64,000 bases of DNA, taken from assembly GCA_002269645.1 (NCBI GenBank), contig NIVC01000180.1:1-64000 (forward strand). The letters are read 5' to 3'. A model generated the notes under the pieces. It was not told the DNA's origin. It worked only from the letters and a program-made list of their open reading frames with translations, and made no database searches. This DNA is from Macrostomum lignano (Eukaryota). Shown here piece after piece: positions 1 to 9,923 of the stretch; position 1 is the first letter of the stretch; every line of letters starts with the position of its first letter. The translations under genes were made by a program, and so were the position numbers.

Positions 1-36
1 TCATTTCAAGACAAAAAGTAATTTTACTAGAGAAGC

Positions 37-3000
37 ATGCAAACAAAAGTTAACACCGACCCTGGTCACCTGGGAAGCTATGAAAAACAGTTGGAAATCA
101 TCAAATCAATTAGAATCCAACCAGTATGCGCCTATAAAAAATTCTGCAAAGGAACACCAAGAGAGGAGTCGCAACTTAGTTAACAAATACGAAACTCTCA
201 CTGGTGAAAAAGCAAAGTACCCACAAAATAAGCAGGAACAAGAGAAATTAGAGCAATTAATCCATTTAAAAGAGTCGGAGCTTGCCATTGAAGAGATTAA
301 TTTTGCACAGAGGAAGTTTACAGAACATTACATAGAGTACACAATCCCAATTAAGGATACACCCGCAAACATCTACGACTATAAAGACAGCATCCAATCA
401 GTTGTTGATCACACACTCAAAACACGCAAGACTTTTAAAACTACAGATATCATTCAAGATTGCGTTTTATATGCCTGCAAAACCACTGAGCATCTCGAGT
501 ATTACATGACAACAAAGGCAAACCATTCACCCCTACTGACACACTGGATCCTTTCCTTCAAGATGTCACTAAGAAAATTGAAGCGTTTACATCCAGAGGT
601 TCCGGATGGGTCGTGGAGGGATTCAAAGAGCGACTGTCATGGTCATGAAATATGACCCACTTAAAGCCTCCTCTTATATAGAGCTCCCGCATAAGCTAGC
701 CGGCAAAAAAGCTTGCATAAATGTTAAAAATAAAGACAATTGCTGTGCTCTATGGCAGTTCTTTCTGCACTTATTAGTGTACCTCACCACCCGAAAGAAC
801 CTCAAATTATCAAAATTATTTCAACTACTATCTCATCGAATGCGAAAAGAAGGGAATCAGGTTTGACAAAGGAGGCTTGGCGATCTCTCAGATCCCAAAG
901 CTAGAAGAAGTGTTTAATAACAAAATTAGAATCACAGTCTTTGAGTGGAGTGAAAAAACTGAGAAAGTTCAACCGGTCAGATGTAGCAAAGACGTTTTAG
1001 ATCTGAGGGAAAAGGCGGACTGAAGTGGATCTTCTAGTGATTGGTAATTTACTAGAGGAGGCTCACTATGTTTGGATTAAAGATCTTTCAAGACTCATTC
1101 ACAAGCAGTTGAATAATCATCACGAGGCTGTTGCCATCTGCCGCTTGTGCCTTAAGCATTACAGTGGACCTGAACGCTTTTGAAAAACTAACAGAGCATG
1201 AATTATCATGCGAGGATCACCCAACAAACTGCTCTCTTCCTTCAGCTGAAGAGAAGTATCTCCGGTTTAAGAACTATCACAAGATGGAGAAGCTCCCATT
1301 TGTTGTATATGCTGATTTCGAATGCTCAATCATGCCAGAAACTCAAAACAAACTCAAACACAAAACAAACTCAAAAACTCAAAAACATGTCCCCAATTCA
1401 GTAGCATATGCCTTTATTAATACAAAAGGACTTGTTGAGTATAATTATTTCTTTGGAGAGCAGTGTGTGGAGCAGTTTATTGCCAGAATGTTAGAGTTTG
1501 CAAAAAGTGATTAGCACCCTTCAACCTGTTCCAATAATGATGACTGAGGAGGATGAAAGCAATTTCCTATCAGCAACTCATTGCCACATCTGCAGGAAAC
1601 ATTTAACTTGCACTAATATTAAAAACCCCACCGTTAGGGACCACTGCCACTTTACTGGGAAATTTAGAGGTGCAGCGCATAACACCTGTAATCTAAAGCT
1701 AAAATCGAACATTCATGATCTAACGATATTTTGTCACAACGCAAAGAACTATGACATGCATTTAATAGTTGAAAAATCGGCATGATTCCAGACATACACC
1801 TTGACTGCATCGCAGAGAACAAGGAGAAGTTTAAGTGTGTTGATATTAACAGGATAGGTAAAGTAATTCGGGTACAGGTAAAATAAGACTGAAGGATTCA
1901 TATCAATTTCTAGCTGCCAGTCTAGACGAACTAAGCAAGAATCTAAAAGATGAACAATGTACATATACAAAGATGTTTGCAAGTAAATTTACAACAGTGA
2001 TGAATCATTTAAACTCCTGAGAACCAAAGGCTTCTACCCCTATGAAAATATTACTGGGTATCACGTATTTGAAGAAGGTTTACCACCACAGGAGAAGTTC
2101 TTTTCAAAGCTAACAGACTCTGGAATCTCTGACAAAGACTATGAGCACGCGAAGCATGTCTATAATTACTTTAATTGTCAAAACTTCTTCCAGTATCACC
2201 TGCTTTACCTCTTCACAGATGTGTTTCTGCTGGCTGATGTGTTTGAAACCTTCAGATACACCTGGTACACAGCATATGGCCTCGATCCAGCACATTATGT
2301 GTCTCTGCCTGCCACTAGCTGGGAATCTTTGCTTAAAATGAAATGGGATCAAGATCCAGATTGGTACATTGAACTTCTTACAGACATTGACATGTACAAT
2401 TTTGTCGAATCGTCAAAGCGAGGGGGATCTCAATTTGCACAGTATGCAAAAGCAAACAATCCCTACATTGAATCTTACAATAAGGAGCAGCCCTCAAACT
2501 ACATTACTTACTTGGACGCTAATAATCTCTACGGGTGGGCGATGAGTCAAGATCTTCCAGTTAGAGATTTTCGATGGTTACCCTCATCAGAACAAAGTGG
2601 GACTTTTCATTGGCTGCCATTTATGAGTTGATGTTTACATTCCACCAGAGCTTCACGACTATTTCTCTGACTTTCCACCCTTCCCAGAGAACATCAAGTG
2701 CCCGAAATAATCGAAACTCCCAATGATAATAATGGAACTTGGCACCTGTCAGGAACAGAAAAAGAACATACAGAGAAACTAACACAGAATCTAAACAACA
2801 AGACACGTTACAAAATCCATTACAAACTGCTTCAGTATTTTATCTCACTTGGTTGCAGGTCACCAAAGTTCACGGGCTCTTACATTTACAGAGGAAGCGT
2901 GGATGAAACCCTACATTGATAAGAACACCCAGTTTAGGACCAAAGCAACCAACGACTTTGACAAGAACCTCTTTAAGTTGGCCAACAACTCTGTCTATGG

Positions 3001-3791
3001 CAAGACTCTTGAGAATGAGCGGAAAAGAACAAACCTGAAACTTGTTACCTCATCAGAGCCTGCTGTTATTCAGGCAAATATGTCAAAGCCAACATTCAAA
3101 GAACTCCATATCTTTAATAGCTACTTAGGTGTGATCATATTTTACAAAACCAAGGTGACGCTGCGCAAGCCGATCTATACAGGTGTCACTGTTCTCGACG
3201 AATCAAAACGTCTGATGTACCAGTTCTTCTATGGCATGAAGCAGCAGTACAAGGATAAATGAAACTCTTGTACACTGACACAGACAGTTTTATTATGGAC
3301 ATTCAAACAGAAGACATTTATCAGGACATGCTGCAGCAAAAAGATTTGTTTGACTTGTCTGAGTATGATGAATCTTTCAGGACACAGAATGGCGATCAAG
3401 TGTTTGACGCACTAACAAGAAAGTGATTGGGAAAATGAAGGACGAGATTGCTGGTGACATAATCACTGAATTCATTGGTTGAGAGCAAAGTCCTATTTTG
3501 TAAAATGTGAGTCGTCAGACCCAATTAAAAAATCAAAGGGAATTCCGAAACGTGTGGTTAGGAAGGAATTAATGAAGCTGAATACAGAGACGCCTTGAAT
3601 TGCAACAAAAAGACATCACATGAGTTCTCAAAGCTACAATCTAAAAACCATATTATTCACACAATTCAGCAAAAGAAGATTGGACTGTCAGGTGCAGATA
3701 ACAAGAGATTCATTTTTGATGACAAATTAACAGTCTACCGTTCGGGCATTGGAGATTAGGTTTAGGAGGTGAGGTTAGATTGGGTGATTAG
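37..3791 (+). pseudogene. polB: Protein-primed family B DNA polymerase (Polinton type), frameshifted as assembled
   Basis: Motifs run in order across frames: GSGW..YDPLKASSYIELP (~605-680), HYVWIKDLSRL, ExoI VVYADFE (~1310), VRDHCHFTGKFRGAAHNTCNL, HNAKNYD, KGFYPY, YLDANNLYGWAM (~2510), KLANNSVYGK (~2980), YTDTDS (~3271), KMKDE, DNKR. Likely start is ATG 37. Confidence 0.93.
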
Positions 3792-3855
3792 GAGATTAGG
3801 AGGTTGGGTTTAGGTTTAAGAGAAAGTTTAATAAACCTCATAAAAATACATAAAA

Positions 3856-4256
3856 ATGACGACAAATAACTTTCTTGAAGATTTGGCTAACGAACTGGAA
3901 ATCCCAAACTTTAGAGGAATATTTATGAGGGACACTCTGCCTGATTTTCCTCTAAGAAAGGAATGCGGCATCATGAACTTTGACACCACCGATAAGCCAG
4001 GATCTCATTGGGTTTGCTGGGTGATTGATCCCGATCGCAAGCACAAGTGTTATTACTTCGATAGCTATGGGACGGCAGTACCAGAAGAGCTAAGAAATTA
4101 TATGAAGGGAAAAATAATAAAAAAATTTATCGCTCAGACTTTATTCTCCAAGGTCTTAGCAGTGATATTTGCGGTGAGCTGTGCATGACTGTTTTGTATG
4201 CAATGACCAAAACACGAAAGACCTACAAGGAAATTATTCTTGGCTGTGTTTCATAG
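3856..4256 (+). CDS. Adenain-like cysteine (maturation) protease
   Basis: GSHWVC (His) and YFDSYG (Asp) lie in ORF 3856-4188. After one frameshift in the A-run at ~4120 the frame reads YRSDFILQGLSSDICGELC (oxyanion Gln, catalytic Cys) to TAG at 4254-4256. Confidence 0.88.
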
Positions 4257-4993
4257 GGTTCATTGTGCATTCTCGTCGTTTCTTGCCGAATTTCTTGCCG
4301 AATTTTTCGCGACTTTCTTTCCACATAATGTTGAAAAACTTTCTCGAGTTCATTTCTCAGCTGACTCATGTCATCAGTACCGACCATGTTCAAGTTCATT
4401 CGAATTGATTGTTCATAAAGATCCTGAATGGTTTTGAACTCATCCTCTGAAATGAACTTATCCTCGATTGCCCTTGAAATGTACCCTATGATTGATGTGT
4501 GCACCCCTTTCTCTTTTACTTGCTTCTCCTGTAGCTGCTTTAGTTTTTTTCGCCTGTTTCGCGCTAATGCTCCAGTAATTGCTGAAATAAGTCCACATGC
4601 AGCACCACAACCGAGTGGGATTGCGATTGGGGCTGTGATGCTGGCAACACTGAGACAGCTGCAGCAGATCCAGATAGAACAGACACAGATCCTAGAATCA
4701 TATTGCTGTAGTCGAAAAATTTACAGTGGTTGTCATAGCGCTTAATTTTCTTTGTGTGTAAAATATTTTTTTCAAGATCATCGCGCATTTTTGAATCTCC
4801 ACCATCGAAACTGTTGAGAGTTACAAGTAATGACGGGGTAAAGTGGTCTGAATATTGAGGTGCATTCAGATTCGATGCATTCAGATTCGGTGCCAGGTTT
4901 TGTGTGTTCGAATTCGGTGCATTGAGTTTGGTGCTGTCGGTATTTTAGGTTCAGCATATTGAGACTGATCGTATAGAGAATTTTGTTGGCCAT
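4223..4993 (-). CDS. Polinton accessory protein with two small-residue hydrophobic helices (putative membrane protein), split by frameshifts
   Basis: Joining frames gives LYPVI..FR..EIQKMRDDLEK..KRY..ILGSVSVLSGSAAAV..APIAIPLGCGAACGLISAITGAL..ISRAIEDKFISEDEF. I recognise this pattern from invertebrate Polinton-like elements; no search was run. Confidence 0.6.
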
Positions 4994-5084
4994 TTTTTTC
5001 TCTAGAAAAAATAAAAAAATTATAAAACTATCCGGTTGAAAGATCTGTTTTCTTTTTGATAATTCCATCTGCACCGCCGGTTGT

Positions 5085-5902
5085 CTAGGCGGCTCTCTTG
5101 ACGCCGGAGGATCGCGAGTCCAGCAGGCAGCGGCTGGGCGGCTGACGTTTGAGAGCGTGCCGGATTACTCCGTCGGGGTCCAGAGCTCCTTCTACTCGAT
5201 CTGTAGACATGACCGGACGAGCAGCAGATTCTGCTTCATCAATAGCAATATCACGAAGATTGAGTGTTCTCTCCAGACGATCAAGCCTCCTTATTATTTT
5301 ACCCAAGAGCTATACATTCCGTTTAGATAGCTACTGTGTGATACATCGTTTCTCTCTAATGCATCAAGTCTTTCTTTGATTCGATCATGCAACGATGTTG
5401 ACTGAGTCATGAACTCTTCTAAAGTATTGACTTTAACTGTGTTGGTTGCGACGTTTTCTTCAATTCTATCATGCAACGCTGTTGACTGGTTCATGAACTC
5501 TTCTAAATTATTTACTTTAGCTGTGTTTGTGAAAACTCCTCCTTCGAGAATACGCATCCGTCTATCAGTGGAATTTCTCAGAAGATTAACTGATGATCTC
5601 AAGCCGTTGATTAGCGAGACTATCGAAGTTATTTCTGACCTTAGTTCATTAGTTGCGTTTAACAACGGCGCATAAAGCTTATCACTTTCAAACTTCTGCC
5701 TAGCTACTTTAAGCCTGAGATCTTCCATGTTTATTTGCAACTGGTGCATGGAGCGCTCTAGGGCTTTCAGTCTGTTTTTATTCAGTTTGATCTCTGGGAT
5801 CTTTTCGTCGCTGTTGATATATCGCCTGTCAAGGATGGATATCTGAGCTGATGTAAGAGCGCTGTTGCCAGAAATGGATTCACCTGCAAAGTTTATCGAC
5901 AT
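5085..5902 (-). CDS. Coiled-coil protein (possible fibre/structural protein); ORFs 5294-5902 and 5085-5306 probably one gene
   Basis: Heptad-like helical sequence with an internal duplication (NTAKVNNLEEFMNQSTALHDRI / NTVKVNTLEEFMTQSTSLHDRI). An overlapping frame continues with LGKIIRRLDRLE. Confidence 0.55.
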
Positions 5903-5918
5903 CTTTTAATAGCAAATT

Positions 5919-6718
5919 TTAAATTACAGTTCTTTTTTCTTTGCTGATAATCACAAACTGGTAAGGCTGATTCCACTTGTCATAGCAAAGATTAACGAAT
6001 TCCTCTTGTGAAATCTTTCTGCTTGAGTTTTTTGTTGGATTTATGAAATAGGCAGGCGCAATGACCTCATTGTAAAATCTTTTAGCCTGTCCTGTGGAAT
6101 GGTTGGAAACAGGAGAATCAGATTGCAGTTCCCACGAATTGTTTTGTTCGGGAGCTCGAACCAATTCTGTGCAATGTAAATTACATTGCAATTGTTATGT
6201 CGCCCTCTTGTAAAATAGTTTTCTATCTGCTTCTGTGGGCCTGTCATACAATCATCAAAGACGATCAAATGCTTTCTCCCCTTTTCTAGCTCATCTGGTT
6301 GGGGTAGAAGTTTGGTCTTTGGATCAGCCTGTGGATCTCCATAGGTGAACACTTTAATGTTCTGCCATTTTTCATTGTCTTTGAGGTGCTTTGCATATTC
6401 AGCAGCTACAATTTCAGGGTTACTGGGAAGGCTCATTTGGTTATTAAAACATGCAATAATGTCCTCTTTGTGCAGTTTGTTTTGCAATCCAGAAATCAAC
6501 ATTTTATACTCATCTTGATACAGTGTGGGAGAGTAGATGTGCAGAGTGTCATAGTCGATAAAGCCAGGTCTAAGAAGCATGTTAAAGACTCTGAATGTTT
6601 TACCTGAACCTGATGAACCAACAACAATGCATCTGAAGTGACTCGGAATTGACTCGTGATGAGAAAACTTAATCTGAATACGCGTCCAGTGAGGATTGAA
6701 GTCGTTTGAAAAGTCCAT
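5919..6718 (-). CDS. A32/FtsK-like genome packaging ATPase
   Basis: Walker A GSSGSGKT, Walker B LIVFDD, and RGRHNNCNVIYIAQ. One missing A at ~6080 joins QDRLK to RFYNEV...KRTVI. Likely start is MDFSNDF at 6718. Confidence 0.93.
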
Positions 6719-6756
6719 TTTTTCTATGATGAAAAAAAATTTAAATAATAAATAAT

Positions 6757-6924
6757 TTAGATGTGTCATTTCGGGCTTAGATGTGTCATTTTGGGACTTA
6801 GATGTGTCATTTTGGTACTTAATTGTGTCATTTCGGGACTTAGATGTGTCATTTCGGGACTTAGATGTGTCATTTTGGGACTTAGATGTGTCATTTTGGG
6901 ACTTAGATGTGTCATTTCGGGACT
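6757..6924. repeat. 21-bp tandem array x8 (ttagatgtgtcattttgggac) inside the viral element
   Basis: Direct reading: 168 bp in the only long intergenic gap of the minus-strand gene block. Confidence 0.95.
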
Positions 6925-6950
6925 AGTCTTGTACCCTCGGAAAGTACCCT

Positions 6951-7340
6951 TTAGTCAAATTTGAAACCACTTCCTTTTTTAATGCTAGCCCTCATCTTCT
7001 CATAGACTGCAGGGTCCACACTGTCTGGATTTGGGGCCAATGGAGCCAGCGGGGCCAGTGGAGGCTGAATCTCTTGTTTAGGTGTTACAGTATCCTTTAT
7101 CTTTTTGGCTGCTGTGGCTACACTGCCAGCCGCTTCGGCAACGTTCTTGATGTTCTCTTTGTTCTCTCCAATGACCTTAAAAATCTTGGCCCCCTGAGCG
7201 ATCAAATCGGCAAGACCGTTCCCTGAGCGTTCTTTTCTTGGATAGTGGCCTGCAGGGAAAAGTCCAGATCCACGTTTAATGAGATTAAGTTCCTCTTTGT
7301 CATAGTATTTGTCAATGTCTTTTTCGAAAATAATTGGCAT
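6951..7340 (-). CDS. ~130-aa putative core/membrane-active virion protein with GxG motifs
   Basis: MPIIFEKD...KRGSGLF...RSGNGLADLIAQGAKIFKVIG...KKGSGFKFD; A-rich context before ATG 7340. Confidence 0.7.
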   Translation of the reverse strand: MPIIFEKDIDKYYDKEELNLIKRGSGLFPAGHYPRKERSGNGLADLIAQGAKIFKVIGENKENIKNVAEAAGSVATAAKKIKDTVTPKQEIQPPLAPLAPLAPNPDSVDPAVYEKMRASIKKGSGFKFD

Positions 7341-7356
7341 CTTTTTAAATAGAAAT

Positions 7357-8586
7357 TTATTTTTTGTTAAACCGTGAAAGCAAAAGTTCTCTTGCTCTTT
7401 TATCGATATATTTTCTCTCAAGCATCTTGTCCAGGATGTTGACAAATTCTTTTCTATTTTCATCTTTCATTCCGGTCTTTGCTGCTCCTAGAAGAACCGC
7501 TACTCGCTTGTAGATTTCAGAAATTCCTTTTCCAGTTGAGGGCGGTTGGTCTTGGGGTTGTGGAGTTGGTTGGGCTTGTAGCTGCTGGGGAGGTGATGCA
7601 AAAGACTGCTCACTTTCAGAGATGGAACTGTCATGTGGTGCCTGTCTTTGTTGAGGTGTGAAAACTCTTTGCTTGATTCTGTTCATTCGATCTGGAGAGT
7701 GTTGTTCTAAGTGTTGCCAGTCTGTCGGGTTTTGTTTCTTATATTCAGCCACTTTCAAAGGGTCTAACTGCTCGAGTTGACTGAGTACTTGTTCTTCTAT
7801 GGAATGTTGCTGCTGTTGTGGCGGTTGCTGTTGCTGTTGTGGTTGTTCTAGATATTTTATGACTTCCGCCTGATCTGGCAAACCGAACCATTGTTTAAAG
7901 TGCTTGTACTTTTTGAATTTAGTCAGGTTGACACCGCTATCGTACATGTGTTTCAAAACTTCTGGGACCTTTAGTATTTCTATATCTCTAGCAAGAGCAA
8001 AAGTCACTAGATTTCTGTAGTTCTTTAGCTGCTTCTCAGAGATTTTCTCTTGGTTCTTGGTCATAAAAGTCAGTAAGGTGTCTGTGAAAGGAATTTTCAT
8101 AGTTTCTGAGCCTTTGACAACAGAAATATTTTCCTTATTTATGTCGATATAATATTCCACTGGTTCATTATAAATGTTTCTTCTCCACACACTTATTCCA
8201 AATACATATTTCCCATCATGTTCTACACGCTCTACTGGTCCAAAAATATTATCTGTCACTTTTAGTTCCTGTTGTTGTGGTTGTGATTGTTGTGGTTGTG
8301 ATTGTTGTGGTTGCGGTTGTGTCTGTGGTTGCGGCAGTATCTGTGGTGCTTCTGGAATTTTGCCCAAAACCTTTTGCACTTGGGTTTCCTGTATGTCGTC
8401 GATAGTTTCTTTGACCTGATCAATATTTTTCTTAGCTTCTCCATACCCGGGCTTATGAAACTCTGTGGCTGCTTGGACAAACTCATTGTAGGATTGTTGC
8501 TCCTTATTTATTAGCCCGGTAACTCGTTTCTCTGCTTGTGCTAGCTTCTCCAATTCAGATATCTGCTGTGTACTTTTTCGCTTCAT
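7357..8586 (-). CDS. 409-aa Q/P-rich Polinton accessory protein with helical C-terminus
   Basis: Intact long ORF. C-terminus TGKGISEIYKRVAVLLGAAKTGMKDENRKEFVNILDKMLERKYI resembles a C-terminal motif common in Polinton-like elements (recognition only). Confidence 0.75.
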   Translation of the reverse strand: MKRKSTQQISELEKLAQAEKRVTGLINKEQQSYNEFVQAATEFHKPGYGEAKKNIDQVKETIDDIQETQVQKVLGKIPEAPQILPQPQTQPQPQQSQPQQSQPQQQELKVTDNIFGPVERVEHDGKYVFGISVWRRNIYNEPVEYYIDINKENISVVKGSETMKIPFTDTLLTFMTKNQEKISEKQLKNYRNLVTFALARDIEILKVPEVLKHMYDSGVNLTKFKKYKHFKQWFGLPDQAEVIKYLEQPQQQQQPPQQQQHSIEEQVLSQLEQLDPLKVAEYKKQNPTDWQHLEQHSPDRMNRIKQRVFTPQQRQAPHDSSISESEQSFASPPQQLQAQPTPQPQDQPPSTGKGISEIYKRVAVLLGAAKTGMKDENRKEFVNILDKMLERKYIDKRARELLLSRFNKK

Positions 8587-8616
8587 TTCTTATTTTATTT
8601 TATTTTTAGTTAAAAA

Positions 8617-9903
8617 ATGAACGACCCACTGACACCAGTTTTCTACAAAATTAACAAGCCTATTTTGAGTGATAATAGCACAATCAAAGCGACTCAGGTA
8701 AGAGTTCCCAGTCAGGAAAATCAGAATGAAACTAATCTTGGTCCTGGCCAAACACTGACATTTACATACAATGGATGTTCGTCTTTGGTTAGTGTGCACA
8801 GTCTTAAGAGCGGATTCCATATGACATTTCAATTCAAGACAAAGGGTGGTGCGGATGCGGCTCGTGCTAACGTTGACAAGCATGATGCGGATGTGGCTCT
8901 GATCAGTAACTTTTGGGCGTACATGTTCAAGGAGTTTAGTGTATCGAATGGGAGCACTGAGTTGGAGCGAATCGCCAACTTTGGAATTGTCTATGACGCT
9001 CATTGTTTGATCGAGAATCCTGATTTTATTCAGTTGGGAAGTGGTGCGGGTTTTATCGCAGATGAAAAAGAAGGAGACATCAATGACAGTGGCTATAAAA
9101 ATAGGAAGAAGAGATACAACTATGCTTTGCAAGGTGCAGATGATGCTGCTAAGAACCCGCTGTATCGGTCTGTTGATGTATTTGTACCATTGAGATTCAT
9201 GAGTGGATTCTGTAATACATTTAATCGACTGACTAGTAACTTTAGCTACACATTTAGACTGACTAGAGATGATCGCAGTAGAGTGTTGTGGACTGGGGCG
9301 GACCACACTGGGATGGCTGTGAAGCTAACCGGAATCGAGCTGTATTTGGAAGTCATTGAGCCAAAGACTGCACTAAAAGCGGATTATCTCAAGGCAATAG
9401 AGAAGGACATTGATGTTGCATACACGGCCTACATGTGTCGAGATGAGCGAAACGAAACTAGAACAAACATCTGCATTAAAGAGGGATCATGCAGCAATCC
9501 AAGGTATATCATTATTAATATGAGAAACCCAAATAGCATTATACGCTACATGCATGGAGACGTGCGGTCCATTCAGCATGAAATCAGTGATAATCTTTAC
9601 CCTGCACTGCCACAAAATGGAGATTTCAGTCAGAACAAGATTAGCAAATTTTACAGCGAGTTGGTCGACTTGGCTGTGAAAGAGAACAATGGAATTGCTA
9701 TCACTGCTCTTCAATATGGAACTCTATATCCGATGTTTGGCGCTGATGTGTCTGCCAGACAAATGCCTACTGATAACAGCCCTGTGAATATCGTGACTAA
9801 CATTGAGAGGACTGCCGCAACACCCGTGGACTTGTACATTATCTATGCATTTGAGAGGAAGGTGAAGCTTAACATGATCAACAATTCATCCAGTAAAGTT
9901 TAA
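8617..9903 (+). CDS. Major capsid protein (double jelly-roll, Polinton PY/hexon-like)
   Basis: Intact 428 aa, beta-rich. Motifs NFWAYMFKEFSVSNGSTELERI, VFVPLRFMSGF, PRYIII, LYPMFGADVSARQ. Size and position upstream of the penton gene fit. Confidence 0.85.
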   Translation: MNDPLTPVFYKINKPILSDNSTIKATQVRVPSQENQNETNLGPGQTLTFTYNGCSSLVSVHSLKSGFHMTFQFKTKGGADAARANVDKHDADVALISNFWAYMFKEFSVSNGSTELERIANFGIVYDAHCLIENPDFIQLGSGAGFIADEKEGDINDSGYKNRKKRYNYALQGADDAAKNPLYRSVDVFVPLRFMSGFCNTFNRLTSNFSYTFRLTRDDRSRVLWTGADHTGMAVKLTGIELYLEVIEPKTALKADYLKAIEKDIDVAYTAYMCRDERNETRTNICIKEGSCSNPRYIIINMRNPNSIIRYMHGDVRSIQHEISDNLYPALPQNGDFSQNKISKFYSELVDLAVKENNGIAITALQYGTLYPMFGADVSARQMPTDNSPVNIVTNIERTAATPVDLYIIYAFERKVKLNMINNSSSKV

Positions 9904-9923
9904 ATATTTTTTTAGGACAAAAA

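Noticed and set aside
3755-3825. TTAGG-rich, telomere-like stretch
   Set aside because: Irregular, and partly encodes the PolB C-terminus after frame repair; not a telomeric array.
8590-9306. 238-aa minus-strand ORF
   Set aside because: Antisense shadow of the major capsid gene with no motifs.
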